From IMG/VR virus record IMGVR_UViG_3300024268_000001: DNA of 64,000 bases; one strand, given 5' to 3'. Origin of the DNA: a virus. Its lineage: Duplodnaviria; Heunggongvirae; Uroviricota; Caudoviricetes. The position numbers were made by a program, and so were the translations under genes. Position 1 is the stretch's first letter; the number at the start of each line of letters is the position of its first letter. Positions 27,176 to 37,498 of this stretch are shown one piece after another. A model generated the notes under the pieces. The model saw only the letters and a list, made by a program, of their open reading frames with translations, ran no database searches and had not been told where the DNA came from.

Positions 27176-27528
27176 TAGTTAACCTTTTCCTTTCGGCCCT
27201 TCTTTGCCGGACGAGTTTCAACTACTTCAGCCGGAACTTCGTTTCTATTCTCAAGAGATTCCAATAATTGCTTCTGCATTTTAATTGCATTGAGAATATT
27301 CTGAGATTCCTTGGTAAGAAGGTCTTGATTCAAGTTATATTCTTCTTCTGTAAGTCCCAAGAGATTCTTCAACACGAATTCCTGTGAAAGAACTGGAATA
27401 CATTCTCCACTTAAGCTAGGCATGAACGGTGCAAAAATTCCCAAAAGACCTGCAATCTTTTCTGAACGTTCGAAATCAAATTTCTTTGATTCTTTCTTTG
27501 TTGTTTTTGTTTTCTTTGTAGTTTTCAT
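27175..27528 (-). CDS. hypothetical protein with a Lys-rich N-terminus
   Basis: N-terminus 'MKTTKKTKTTKKESKK'. Promoter-like 'aatatagtaaata' upstream. Confidence 0.45.
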   Translation of the reverse strand: MKTTKKTKTTKKESKKFDFERSEKIAGLLGIFAPFMPSLSGECIPVLSQEFVLKNLLGLTEEEYNLNQDLLTKESQNILNAIKMQKQLLESLENRNEVPAEVVETRPAKKGRKEKVN

Positions 27529-27590
27529 AATATTGCAAATATAGTAAATATTTTTTAACCAATTTTATTTTGTCTTACAAACTTCTGAAA

Positions 27591-28688
27591 TTAAAGGATT
27601 TCAAAATACGGTGCATATTTTTCCATGACTTCAATAACCTTCTTGTAATCAATCTTATTAAGATTCTTCGGAAGGTCCATACCGCCCTTGTTAATCAAAT
27701 CGCCACAATTTGCAAAATAAAGAAGCTTCTTTTCTTCACGACAAATTGTTTCCTGCTGAATTACAAGATTAAATTCCTTCTTAGGAAGATACTTCTTGAA
27801 ATTGGAAATATACTTCGTATAAACAGACTTCAATTCTTCAGCATGTTCAGGATCCGTAGTTGCAGAAAGCATCAAAATACCGTTATTGACATATTCAATT
27901 ACTCCAGCACGAGACTGATATGCAAGACCACGCTTTTCTCGAATTTCATGATAAAGCGGAGAAGTCAACTTACCGTTAAGCATTTCAAGGGCAATGACTA
28001 CATACGGATAATCCTTCTTGGAAACCGGCTTCTTACAGATTGCAAAAACAGTTTCTTTTTCAGGAGCCGGAACAGGCATCAAGCTAACCTTATAATCCTT
28101 CTTCCAACGAAGCTTTGTTGTAATTTCAGGCATCTTGGTCAAGAACTTAACCTTTACGCCAGTTGTCTGGCGAGGGCCGACTTCAACAATACGAACAGGT
28201 TTGAAAAGTTCCTTAAAAAGCTTCTTAGCGTCTGCAAGAGTAAAATTCATAATATCTTCAGTCTTGCCAAGAACGAAATCGTTATTGAAATGTTGACGAA
28301 GCAGGTTATGAAGCTTACCTTCTACAGGACGGTTAAATGCATCCAAAATTTCCTGGTAAACAATCTTTTGTTCTTTTTCGAAAACTTCCTTTGTGACATA
28401 AGTATCGAAACCGGTAGTAACACGTTCAATAAGCAACTTCTTCCATTCCGGAGTAAGATACTTATCCATGCCAGTAAAATGAACTACGAGCAAATCTGTG
28501 CTTGTATAGGCATTAAAATCGATGTTATATTTCTGAAAGTCATCAAATTGGTCTTGAATAGTATTCGTAATCAAGTGTTCCATCAAATGATGACAACCAT
28601 GCTGACCATCTTTTTCATAACTAGAACCTGCCTGGAATACGATATACAAGCCAGTCTTCTTAAAAGATTTCTTCTTATAGATATACAT
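27591..28688 (-). CDS. M16 (pitrilysin/insulinase) family peptidase-like protein
   Basis: Inverted zinc motif HxxEH in 'GCHHLMEHL' near the N-terminus. 365 aa, the size of a single M16 domain pair. Confidence 0.6.
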   Translation of the reverse strand: MYIYKKKSFKKTGLYIVFQAGSSYEKDGQHGCHHLMEHLITNTIQDQFDDFQKYNIDFNAYTSTDLLVVHFTGMDKYLTPEWKKLLIERVTTGFDTYVTKEVFEKEQKIVYQEILDAFNRPVEGKLHNLLRQHFNNDFVLGKTEDIMNFTLADAKKLFKELFKPVRIVEVGPRQTTGVKVKFLTKMPEITTKLRWKKDYKVSLMPVPAPEKETVFAICKKPVSKKDYPYVVIALEMLNGKLTSPLYHEIREKRGLAYQSRAGVIEYVNNGILMLSATTDPEHAEELKSVYTKYISNFKKYLPKKEFNLVIQQETICREEKKLLYFANCGDLINKGGMDLPKNLNKIDYKKVIEVMEKYAPYFEIL

Positions 28689-28697
28689 TGTTTTTCC

Positions 28698-29192
28698 TTA
28701 TATTTTTTCAACCGTTACGCCATTTCGTTCAAGGAACTGAATTCCTTTAGACCCACGGTCATATTTGTTTACGTACATGACATTCTTGATACCTGCGGCA
28801 TAAATAAGTCTTGCACACGATTCACAAGGTTCATGAGAAATAACCATAGAAGCACCGGTTATATTCATTGTCCATTTCAAAGCATAGCCGAGACAGCTTT
28901 GCTCTGCATGGATTTCTTGTTCATTTGCGAATTCATGATGTTTAGCTCTCCATTCCATTTCTGGAACTTCCTTCCACTCTTCTTCCTTATTATCTCGCAG
29001 ATAAAACTTTCCGTTTTCAGATTTGAAAATTTCGTTACAGTTAATTTGTCCTGCTGGAGTACCATTGTAGCCACATGAAATAATACGGCCTTTTTCAACG
29101 AGCAATGCTGCAACTTTCATCCTAGAGCATTTACTAAGAGCTTGATATTCCTTAAGAACTGTTTTATAAAGATGTTTATATTTTAATTCCAT
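28698..29192 (-). CDS. dCMP deaminase (cytidine/deoxycytidylate deaminase zinc-binding family)
   Basis: 'HAEQSCL' and 'HEPCESCARLI' (H[AC]E...PCxxC). Confidence 0.8.
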   Translation of the reverse strand: MELKYKHLYKTVLKEYQALSKCSRMKVAALLVEKGRIISCGYNGTPAGQINCNEIFKSENGKFYLRDNKEEEWKEVPEMEWRAKHHEFANEQEIHAEQSCLGYALKWTMNITGASMVISHEPCESCARLIYAAGIKNVMYVNKYDRGSKGIQFLERNGVTVEKI

Positions 29193-29797
29193 AAAATAGT
29201 CCTCTTCGTAGAAAGAGTTTTAGAATAGTTTTTAATTTCAGAAAGATAGATTCTTACGAGTTGACTTTTATCCTTTATGATATTTCCATAATCATCTTCA
29301 TGACTTCCTTGAAATACTTGGCCACTCATAATTTTCATGTCAATTAAGCTAGAAATATATCCGCAATTCGGCATATATAATTCTGGCGAACCTTTATAAG
29401 CCAAAATTGATGGGATCTTTCTAAATTTGTTAACTGCATTTGTTGATTCGCCAGCGCGATTTCGAACCGTAATAGTAAGATACGATTCTGCAAATTCTCC
29501 TTGTGCAGTTTTAATTTGAACAGGAAAAGTGTTTGCCGTAAGTTTATTTACAACTACAGCATCTATTCCAGCTATATCCGCTTTTGACTTATTTTCCATT
29601 TGGACAATAGTAAAATATTTGTTATAAAGTAAATTCAAATTTTGTATAATAGATGCCTCATCGGCTAATCCATTAGCACGACCCTTATTGGTATTACCCA
29701 TATATAATTTCCTCATTAAATTGTTAAAAGAAAACAAAATAATAGGAAGTTTAATTCCTATTATTTTGCAATTAAGATTTAGAATATTTCTACCCAT
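29183..29797 (-). CDS. hypothetical protein
   Basis: 204-aa ORF. Confidence 0.45.
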   Translation of the reverse strand: MGRNILNLNCKIIGIKLPIILFSFNNLMRKLYMGNTNKGRANGLADEASIIQNLNLLYNKYFTIVQMENKSKADIAGIDAVVVNKLTANTFPVQIKTAQGEFAESYLTITVRNRAGESTNAVNKFRKIPSILAYKGSPELYMPNCGYISSLIDMKIMSGQVFQGSHEDDYGNIIKDKSQLVRIYLSEIKNYSKTLSTKRTILWN

Positions 29798-30408
29798 GCA
29801 CTCTGCGGAAGATGATTAACTGTAACATATGCCGTACATTTAATCGCTCCATTTCCAGCAGTTTTTTGAGCTGCAATATTCTTTATTTCTTTCTTCAACT
29901 TAGAGTCCGACATTGCATAGTCCCATGCAGCATCGGCATCAACTACGAACATTCTCGACCAATCCTTACTTACGCAAAGGTAAAGAGAAAATCCGTCATT
30001 TTGATGGAAATCATATAAAGAGGAGACGGGAATCGACCCAGCTACATAAGACGGAAGACCTTTACCAGTATCAACCATATCACAGGATGCTACTTTAAGA
30101 TCTACACGAAATCCGTTTTGATACCAGTCACCGTTTGTTCTATCGAAATCGGTAAATTCCCAGTTGTTCTTATCTTTAAGATGTTTGCTATACTTTACAA
30201 GATACTCAGGATTCTGAGTCTTATGCAAAATATTGATTTGCGGAGCAACCTTCTTAACGATGCTGATAAATCCCTGTTCTTCAGAATTTCCGTACGTATT
30301 CGGAATTACCGTAGGAGGATTTGCAATACATGCACCCTTAATTAAAGTTGAACTTCCATTAAACAATGTAGTAACGATGTTACCATTCATTTTATTACTT
30401 TGCGCCAA
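29779..30408 (-). CDS. hypothetical protein
   Basis: 209-aa ORF. Confidence 0.45.
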   Translation of the reverse strand: MAQSNKMNGNIVTTLFNGSSTLIKGACIANPPTVIPNTYGNSEEQGFISIVKKVAPQINILHKTQNPEYLVKYSKHLKDKNNWEFTDFDRTNGDWYQNGFRVDLKVASCDMVDTGKGLPSYVAGSIPVSSLYDFHQNDGFSLYLCVSKDWSRMFVVDADAAWDYAMSDSKLKKEIKNIAAQKTAGNGAIKCTAYVTVNHLPQSAWVEIF

Positions 30409-30505
30409 ACCACTTTTAGCGACTTCAAGATGAAAGAATGAGTTTATACCGTTATTGGTAGTTCGCTCACCCGAACGTAGTGGTAACGTTCGGTTAGATG
30501 AAACC

Positions 30506-31360
30506 TTACTTTATATTTTTTATTATATTGGTATATTCAATTAAATTGACCATTAAGAGCGAAATACCAGAATTCATAGCGAATTCATTAAACTTCTTTG
30601 CTCTCGGTTCAGGAACATATTCAAAAGAATTAACTACTCGTTTAATTGCTTCAGTATATTCCGTTGGTATATTTTCAAATGAAATAAGCTTAGAATTCAA
30701 CATGAACTTTTCAGTAAGTTGATTTTCTTCAAGCCATTTATCGAGCTCGCCAGAATTAACAATCTTTTCAGCAGTCTTAATTCCAACGCCTTTTTTAATT
30801 CCCGGAATATCATCGGATTTATCGCCTGTAATAATCTTGACAAGCAAATCTGTTTCCGGATTCAATGTACTTAAATACTGTTTTTTTATCCCGTCGTACT
30901 GGTGATAATTTGCGCAAACAAAAAGTTGCATAAAGTCTCTGTCAGAAGAAACATTATAGCATTCCCATTCAGGATGGGATTTGACAATAACCGAAATCTG
31001 GTCATCAGCTTCGGTCTTGGGTACATCTACGAAATAAATATTCGTACCTTCAAATGCAACCTTCAAGCGTTCGAGCAAATCACTCCATACTGCAAAAAAT
31101 GCGTCGAAATTAACGATTGACGCAGAACGCTTTGCGGCACGACTGGCTTTATAACCTTCAAAAATATCTTTACGCCAGCTACTTCCATCAATACAACAAA
31201 AAACCCTATTAGGATTAATTTCACTAATAGCCTTAAAGAATGATGAAAAGAATGTCGCCTTAAATAACATGAACTCCTTTTCTTCTGGTCCAGGAGTTTG
31301 CGCAAATAAGCAGCGCATAATCATGTTTGAAATATCGAGGGTCAATATCTTGTTGTTCAT
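30506..31360 (-). CDS. 5'-3' exonuclease / flap endonuclease (RNase H, T4 rnh-like)
   Basis: PIN-like N-terminus 'LDISNMIMRC'. H3TH motif 'ITGDKSDDIPGIKKGVGIKTAEKIV'. Confidence 0.75.
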   Translation of the reverse strand: MNNKILTLDISNMIMRCLFAQTPGPEEKEFMLFKATFFSSFFKAISEINPNRVFCCIDGSSWRKDIFEGYKASRAAKRSASIVNFDAFFAVWSDLLERLKVAFEGTNIYFVDVPKTEADDQISVIVKSHPEWECYNVSSDRDFMQLFVCANYHQYDGIKKQYLSTLNPETDLLVKIITGDKSDDIPGIKKGVGIKTAEKIVNSGELDKWLEENQLTEKFMLNSKLISFENIPTEYTEAIKRVVNSFEYVPEPRAKKFNEFAMNSGISLLMVNLIEYTNIIKNIK

Positions 31361-31401
31361 GTCCTCAAATATAGGTAAAAATAATTTTTTAGTTTTATGC
31401 T

Positions 31402-31893
31402 TTATGGCATTTTATCTGACTTTTTAACATGGCTCATTATGCAACGGCCAATAAAGCCTTCAATATCGCTGACATCGGTATCAATATAATAATATTCCTT
31501 TTTCAGCTCTTCAATACTTCCATAAAAATACTTCTTAATATAGCATTGAGTATTTACATCAACCATGGAATATCCAGAATTGTTGACAAAAGTATAATAA
31601 TTGAGCATTTCATTTCCGTTATAGTATTCGCGGACTTTGAATGCCTGACTTATAACACCTTCCGTATTTACCTTATTATACGTATTGGTATCGATTACAT
31701 ATTCATAAAGGTTTTGCTTCATGTCGATAACCGTTACCTTAGTTTTTGTAGCGGAAATCTTAGATTCAGTAGGCATTACTGCACAATACCGAATATCATC
31801 GACCGCAGTGCATATTGCATAGGTATTGAATGTCTTAGCCTGTGCGAAAATACAAACTACAGAAAAAAGAATAGGTAATACGAACTTAATCAT
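31402..31893 (-). CDS. secreted protein or lipoprotein (signal peptide)
   Basis: N-terminus 'MIKFVLPILFSVVCIFAQA'. Confidence 0.5.
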   Translation of the reverse strand: MIKFVLPILFSVVCIFAQAKTFNTYAICTAVDDIRYCAVMPTESKISATKTKVTVIDMKQNLYEYVIDTNTYNKVNTEGVISQAFKVREYYNGNEMLNYYTFVNNSGYSMVDVNTQCYIKKYFYGSIEELKKEYYYIDTDVSDIEGFIGRCIMSHVKKSDKMP

Positions 31894-32062
31894 ATTACCT
31901 AATATAGAAAAATATCGTAATTTTGTAAATAGTTAAATTAAAGCGAACATAACGATAATACCGCCAATCAATCCTACAAGGATAATAGTCGCTATTATCT
32001 TCAGCGCCAATTCTTCTATACCGCCGCCGAATAGATTTTTATCTTCGTCTTTTGTCATACAA

Positions 32063-32479
32063 TTAACCTGTTGTATAAAGCATTTTCTTATAGTCTAAAT
32101 AATTCTTAATAGTAAATCCAAGATTCTTAATATTCGTCAATGTTTCTTCGATAAAATCAAAGTAATACTTCTGTGTATCGTATTCTTTTACTGCTGCAAG
32201 ATATTTCGGATCCTTATAAATTTGGGATTCGATTTCTTTTGTAGTTCCCCAGCTCACATTATCGTTAAACTTATAATAATAATAGCATTCTCCATATATC
32301 TTATTCAAATTAACCTTGAGCTGAGATATAAGATACTTTTGTGTCGTATATAGTTTTGTCCATTTCTGAACAGTAGAAGGTAAAAGGTTATTTACTTGCA
32401 TTACCTGTTCAATATTGTCAGGCAATGCAGTATCTTCTTCAGCGTATTTCTTTAATGTCTCAAAATCTTCTACTTTCAT
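32063..32479 (-). CDS. hypothetical protein
   Basis: 138-aa ORF. A 44-aa single-TM ORF also sits at about 31930-32062 on the minus strand. Confidence 0.45.
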   Translation of the reverse strand: MKVEDFETLKKYAEEDTALPDNIEQVMQVNNLLPSTVQKWTKLYTTQKYLISQLKVNLNKIYGECYYYYKFNDNVSWGTTKEIESQIYKDPKYLAAVKEYDTQKYYFDFIEETLTNIKNLGFTIKNYLDYKKMLYTTG

Positions 32480-32987
32480 AACTTATCCTTAACAATTAAA
32501 TATAGCAAAACTGTAACAAATAGTTTACAACCTATATATAAAAGTTCTATGATTTTTAAAACGACAGAATATTTTATTTTTAGTTAAAAAAATTTTTACA
32601 AAAACTTTCTATTATTGTTTTCACATATTCAAGTCTGATTCCTCGGAACGAAAACCAATCCAATGGAATTATCGGTAGAGGGTCAGCCATTGAAAACTTC
32701 AGATACGGGTTTTCCAGAAATGAGCTGGAATATCGTTTTGAAATATACTCGGTAACAGCTAGTGAAAGTATCAGCGAAGTACAGATTAGCAATCTGCACG
32801 TTTAGCCGCCATGGTTTTAACGGATGTAGCCGAAGTACAGGATGACCGCCTCGTAAGCCGTTATGTAAATCCCTAAAGATTGACGATGAAGCTTTATACC
32901 AAAAGTGGAATAGTCATAGTCTGGAAGTTCCTTCTAGGCTTATGATCTCTGAATCGCATTACCCAAAAGATAGAACAGATAAAAATA

Positions 32988-33011
32988 AAACCTAGTTTAA
33001 CAACTAGGTTT
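32988..33011. terminator. intrinsic terminator
   Basis: Hairpin aaacctagtttaacaactaggttt. On the minus strand it is followed by ttttatttttat. Confidence 0.65.
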
Positions 33012-33028
33012 TAAAATTAAAGATATTT

Positions 33029-33181
33029 GAATTATTCTACTGATAAATCGATTTCATCAGAAAGTTCTTGTAATTCATCAAGCTCTTCTTCAGAATATTT
33101 CTTTTTCTTCTTATTCAAGACTGTTTCATCAATCTGAATCGAATCCAACTCGACGAAATTTTCTTCTGTATTATACATCAT
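33029..33181 (-). CDS. small acidic protein (50 aa)
   Basis: 'ggagaaatttATGATG' RBS plus start. Sequence MMYNTEENFVELDSIQIDETVLNKKKKKYSEEELDELQELSDEIDLSVE. Below the ORF-track cutoff. Confidence 0.35.
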
Positions 33182-33191
33182 AAATTTCTCC

Positions 33192-34076
33192 TTATTTTAA
33201 CTCACCGATAGGTTCTTCTTTTCTAATCATGCCCTTAGGGAATCTTGAATCTCTATAATATTTTGTCATATCCCTACTTGCACGAATATTAGTGAATTCT
33301 TCCGGTTTCAATGTTGGCCATTCTCTGGTCCATTTTCCTTTATAATAACTAGGTATACCAGCTTCGCTTGCAGATTTTCCATCCTTTATAGCATTTAGGA
33401 TTTTATTAAGCTGTGTGTTATTTTTAGAAATACAGAAATAGCAAGTTCCCAAAGGACCGCCTTCAACTTTTACAATAACGTTTTTAAGACAGAAATCAAC
33501 AACGTACTTTTTATCCATCATTGCAACGCCAGTTTCTGTATTTTGAACCGCATATCTTTCAATATTGCCAAGTTCTGGATATTTAAGCGACATTTCATCT
33601 GCTAATTGTTTCCAAACACCAGTATGAGCAGTTTCGGCAGTATTATTCAGAATCTGGCGATAACGTGTAATAGCACGATAGCTTAAAGCACGTCTAGCGG
33701 CATCCCATTCAGCTTCCGTAAAACCTACAACGCAGTCACGGTAATAGTGAAGCATTTCATGAACAAATGTATTTCTAAAAGCGGCAAAAGTACCACAAGC
33801 ATTGATATTAAGTTTAATTTCGACACCTTCAACTTTACTTTCGTAAACATTCGGTCTCGGTCTAAAATAGCCATGAACACTTGTACCCTTGAACCAGCCT
33901 AATGAAATCGGTTGAAGCTTACCTCCGAAGTAAGTATCGTTAAATTCATTAAAATACTTCTTTAACGCTGCGTCATTCTTTTCGAATTCTTCGCCGGTAT
34001 CTGGGTCTGTAAGCTTAAAGCTTTCGTCTAATAAAAATTCTTCATTTTCCATATTATATTTATGACAATTCTTCAA
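33192..34076 (-). CDS. putative zinc metallopeptidase (HExxH, SprT/zincin-like)
   Basis: Single HExxH motif in 'NTFVHEMLHYYRD'. No other zincin features checked. Confidence 0.4.
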   Translation of the reverse strand: MKNCHKYNMENEEFLLDESFKLTDPDTGEEFEKNDAALKKYFNEFNDTYFGGKLQPISLGWFKGTSVHGYFRPRPNVYESKVEGVEIKLNINACGTFAAFRNTFVHEMLHYYRDCVVGFTEAEWDAARRALSYRAITRYRQILNNTAETAHTGVWKQLADEMSLKYPELGNIERYAVQNTETGVAMMDKKYVVDFCLKNVIVKVEGGPLGTCYFCISKNNTQLNKILNAIKDGKSASEAGIPSYYKGKWTREWPTLKPEEFTNIRASRDMTKYYRDSRFPKGMIRKEEPIGELK

Positions 34077-34875
34077 CGAAGGTAATGAACTTCATCGGAA
34101 TGTTTTGGTTAGTAAAGCATGCACATGAAGACAATTCGTCATCGTCGTCGAATTCCGGATCTTTATGAACAGGCCAGTTTTCAGGAAGGTCGATTCTGTA
34201 CATATACATCTGCGGCATTGATTCATCATGGTCTTCTTCCCATTCAATGACTATCTGGCCGAACATAGACTGTGCGAGGTTGTACATTTCGTCATTAAGC
34301 TTATGCTGGGCTGTTCTTACGTTCGTGTCTATATCTATATCACCTCTGAGGATAAGGACCTTTAAAGCCATCTTACCGTTAATCATATAGATACGAGGAG
34401 GATAGTTGACCTTCATAGACTTCCTCTTACAACGAAGACCACCGGTTTTGACCAAATCATCCGGCGATGCACTGCTTATATGATAGAACTTCGTAAAATC
34501 GAGTTTTCCAAGGAACTTATTGAATGTAGCCATATATTCCTTGTTTTTGAAAAGCTCAAGTTCGTAATAAGGCTTTACATTATCGACATCTTCTCTTCCT
34601 TGGCGGAAAATAAGTTCATCTGTCGTATATTGTCCTTTAGAATTGACTAGAGAACAATCATCCCAACCGTTAGCGGCGAAAAACTTCGAAATTTCGTCGA
34701 CTTCAAGTCCTTTATCCGTTAAGGTTGAAATTGCGAACTTAACTTCCATGCCGTTCAAAATGAGACGCTTTGCACAGTCTTGTAATGGAATATGAAATCT
34801 TACTCTGAACTTCTTTACTAATTCAGGCAAATCTACAAATTTAAGCGATTCTGTCAAAATATTTAAAAGTCTCAT
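34060..34875 (-). CDS. hypothetical protein, paralog pair member A
   Basis: Its C-terminal region '...YRIDLPENWPVHKDPEFDDDDELSSCACFT' parallels the 34876..35598 product. Confidence 0.5.
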   Translation of the reverse strand: MRLLNILTESLKFVDLPELVKKFRVRFHIPLQDCAKRLILNGMEVKFAISTLTDKGLEVDEISKFFAANGWDDCSLVNSKGQYTTDELIFRQGREDVDNVKPYYELELFKNKEYMATFNKFLGKLDFTKFYHISSASPDDLVKTGGLRCKRKSMKVNYPPRIYMINGKMALKVLILRGDIDIDTNVRTAQHKLNDEMYNLAQSMFGQIVIEWEEDHDESMPQMYMYRIDLPENWPVHKDPEFDDDDELSSCACFTNQNIPMKFITFVEELS

Positions 34876-35598
34876 TTATTCTCCAATCATTTTCTTTAAC
34901 TTTTGAATTGTATCTGCATATTTATCATTAGAACTTACGAGTTCAATCCAAGAAGGGTCAATCTTATGCGTTGTAAAACAGGCACCAGTCGAAACTTCTT
35001 CTTCTAACTCTGTATATTCCGGGTCTTTATAAACTTTTACTGTATCTGGCAATCTTACAAGGTAAATATTCTTGCCATACGGTCTCATTGCTTCGATGAC
35101 ATAGTAAACATTGTCCCAAAATTCAAACTTATTCTTTGTATGTGCTGCAATTTCTTCGAGACTCCAAAGATATACACGAGCTTCGTTATAAATCGGACCA
35201 ACCTTTGTATCGTTAGGATGTTCGTCGTCCCAGCTGTTATACTTTGCCGGACGAAATCCAATCTTAGAAAATACTTCAATATTTCTATGTGCGGCACGAA
35301 GATATAAACCGTGGAATTTCTTGGCGAACTTGGAATCTGTCTTATATTCTGTTTTAGAATTTCTCAAAACCAATGACCAATCGCTATAGGCTCCGATTCT
35401 CCAGCCATAAGCGTCCAATAGTTCATCGAATTCTTTAACAGTGTATTTAATCTTGTCAAAAATGGAAGGATCCATTTCAATAACACCGTCGTTTTCGTCA
35501 AGGACATAATGTGCCACATCGATTCCTAGTTTTCCCTTTAGGAATCCAACCAACTGCTGTGGTGTTGTTGTATGTGTAAGAAATTCAACTAGACGCAT
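34876..35598 (-). CDS. hypothetical protein, paralog pair member B
   Basis: '...YLVRLPDTVKVYKDPEYTELEEEVSTGACFT' is homologous to the C-terminus of the neighbouring ORF. Confidence 0.5.
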   Translation of the reverse strand: MRLVEFLTHTTTPQQLVGFLKGKLGIDVAHYVLDENDGVIEMDPSIFDKIKYTVKEFDELLDAYGWRIGAYSDWSLVLRNSKTEYKTDSKFAKKFHGLYLRAAHRNIEVFSKIGFRPAKYNSWDDEHPNDTKVGPIYNEARVYLWSLEEIAAHTKNKFEFWDNVYYVIEAMRPYGKNIYLVRLPDTVKVYKDPEYTELEEEVSTGACFTTHKIDPSWIELVSSNDKYADTIQKLKKMIGE

Positions 35599-35900
35599 TC
35601 TTTACCTATAATCATCTTGACATTTTTCTCAATTTCATAAGTCAAAGTTTCTGGGACAATCGGAAGAACCTTTATTGTACTGTCGTCAATAACCATGGTA
35701 ACATGACTGTTTCCGAAAATATAGTAGAAGTTAATTTCAGTTCCGCATTCTTCAATCGAAAGTGAAAGTGCTTTCGTACTTTTATTTTCATTTGTTTTTG
35801 ACATTATAACGTTTCTATCTCGAATAGCCTTGTCCATATCGACAAAAACTTTCTTGACATTATCGTAATTGAGTGCTCGCCAGTTTATATTGTCGTTCAT
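35589..35900 (-). CDS. hypothetical small protein
   Basis: 103-aa ORF. Confidence 0.4.
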   Translation of the reverse strand: MNDNINWRALNYDNVKKVFVDMDKAIRDRNVIMSKTNENKSTKALSLSIEECGTEINFYYIFGNSHVTMVIDDSTIKVLPIVPETLTYEIEKNVKMIIGKECV

Positions 35901-35970
35901 ATCATATTTATAAGTATAAAAAGAGCATAGAACTTTTCATCTATGCTCTTAAACTTAAAATTTATAGTTG

Positions 35971-37122
35971 TTAGGCTACATTGTCTCGTTTTACGAAAAT
36001 GGTAAATCCAAGGAAACCAATAAAATAGAGAAGTGCCAAAACAAGATATAAAGTATTGTCAGTAAACAAGTTTCCAAGAATAGGTCCCGCAATTCCAGCA
36101 AATCCCCAGGCACTAAGCGTCATAGAGTGAACTGTAGAAAGACAACTATCTCCGAATCTCTTAGCAAGTAAACTTGGCAAACAACTGAATCCTCCGCCGT
36201 AGTTCCATTCAATCATCAAAATACCAGCTACAAGCAAAATCGGATTTTGTGTATAACACAAAAACGCACCAAGAATACCCAAACTTGCAACCCAATGATA
36301 AGCAGCCTTTCTACCAATCGAATCACTAGCCGTACTCATTCCAAATCGACCACCGACATTTGCAACAGCTGTAGCAGCCATAAGTGAAGCGATAGCAGTA
36401 TATCCAGCATTTAAAAACAGGCTCTTTTCCTGAGAAATAAGTGCAAGGCCGCATGTAATGTTGATAAAGAACATAAACCAAATCGAAATATATTCTTTAG
36501 TCAAAAATTTGGCCTTTATAAGAGTCTTATACGGAATAGCAGTATATTTTGTAGAAATATATGCAGGATTAGGTTTATATAGCCATGAAGAGAAACTCAT
36601 TACAACTAAGAAAATCAATCCCATGAGTAAGAATACAACTGGCAACGTAAAGGTTGCAAGCAAATACTCAATCATAGGAGCCGCAACGAACTTTCCCAAT
36701 CCGAAACCGGTAATAGCCAATCCGGAAGCGAGTCCTTTATGATTACTGAAGTTTGCAAGCAGCTGTTTAATTGGTGCCGTATAGCCTATGCCGGTACCGC
36801 AACCCATAAATGAACAGCCGATATAATAAAGTGGTAAAAATCCAGTATAGGTTGCAAACGAAAGTAGCAATAATCCTATTGCAAACAGAATTGTTGAAAC
36901 TATCGCCATTCGTTTCGGGAACATTTCAACGAATCTTCCGAAAACCGCAGCACCCATGCCAAGGAAGAAAATAATCAGAGTAAATCCAATATCAGCTGAG
37001 AATTTCGAAATATCAAAAGTCTCCATGATATTCTTGGCATATTGTGAATAGTTATAAACTGAACCTAAACTGACAGGTAACAAAATACCCGGAATTAAAA
37101 TATTGAGAAATCTATTTGTCAT
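35971..37122 (-). CDS. MFS-type transporter (about 12 TM)
   Basis: 383 aa. Hydrophobic helices are spaced regularly throughout (e.g. LNILIPGILLPVSLGSVY, GFTLIIFFLGMGAAVFG, LVLALLYFIGFLGFTIFV). Confidence 0.7.
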   Translation of the reverse strand: MTNRFLNILIPGILLPVSLGSVYNYSQYAKNIMETFDISKFSADIGFTLIIFFLGMGAAVFGRFVEMFPKRMAIVSTILFAIGLLLLSFATYTGFLPLYYIGCSFMGCGTGIGYTAPIKQLLANFSNHKGLASGLAITGFGLGKFVAAPMIEYLLATFTLPVVFLLMGLIFLVVMSFSSWLYKPNPAYISTKYTAIPYKTLIKAKFLTKEYISIWFMFFINITCGLALISQEKSLFLNAGYTAIASLMAATAVANVGGRFGMSTASDSIGRKAAYHWVASLGILGAFLCYTQNPILLVAGILMIEWNYGGGFSCLPSLLAKRFGDSCLSTVHSMTLSAWGFAGIAGPILGNLFTDNTLYLVLALLYFIGFLGFTIFVKRDNVA

Positions 37123-37123
37123 A

Positions 37124-37498
37124 TTAATTGAATGCCGTAGTAATAGGGTCTTTGAATACTTCCTTGAATTCGTGTTTGAGTTTCATATTGAAATGCCAAT
37201 ATGGGTCGAATAATGGATCCGTATTTTCAATCAATCCGATAGTATCAGATTCTTCCTTTGGAATGTCCCATGAAATATCAAATATTCCATTATCAAGAAC
37301 ATTTAAAGTAAACTTTATATTCGGACAAGTACCATCCCGGTCAAATATATGACCGAAAATACCAGCAATATCTTCAGTAATGAAATTGCTAGGTGGTTTG
37401 ATAAGTAATTTGTATACGCCTGTTCTGAATTTTATATTATTATCATCTATCTTGTCACGCCAAGTAGATGAATATGTTGAATCATATGTCATTTTCAC
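37124..37498 (-). CDS. hypothetical protein
   Basis: 124-aa ORF. Coupled to the methyltransferase C-fragment. Confidence 0.45.
   Translation of the reverse strand: MKMTYDSTYSSTWRDKIDDNNIKFRTGVYKLLIKPPSNFITEDIAGIFGHIFDRDGTCPNIKFTLNVLDNGIFDISWDIPKEESDTIGLIENTDPLFDPYWHFNMKLKHEFKEVFKDPITTAFN

Noticed and set aside
27570-29078. 502-aa plus-strand ORF
   Set aside because: Antisense to the M16 peptidase and dCMP deaminase genes.
30409-30505. Possible tRNA or terminator in the 97-bp gap (hairpin cgaacg-tagtggtaa-cgttcg)
   Set aside because: No T-loop/GTTCRANYC, no acceptor-stem pairing and no 3' U-run. Kept only as an unexplained hairpin.
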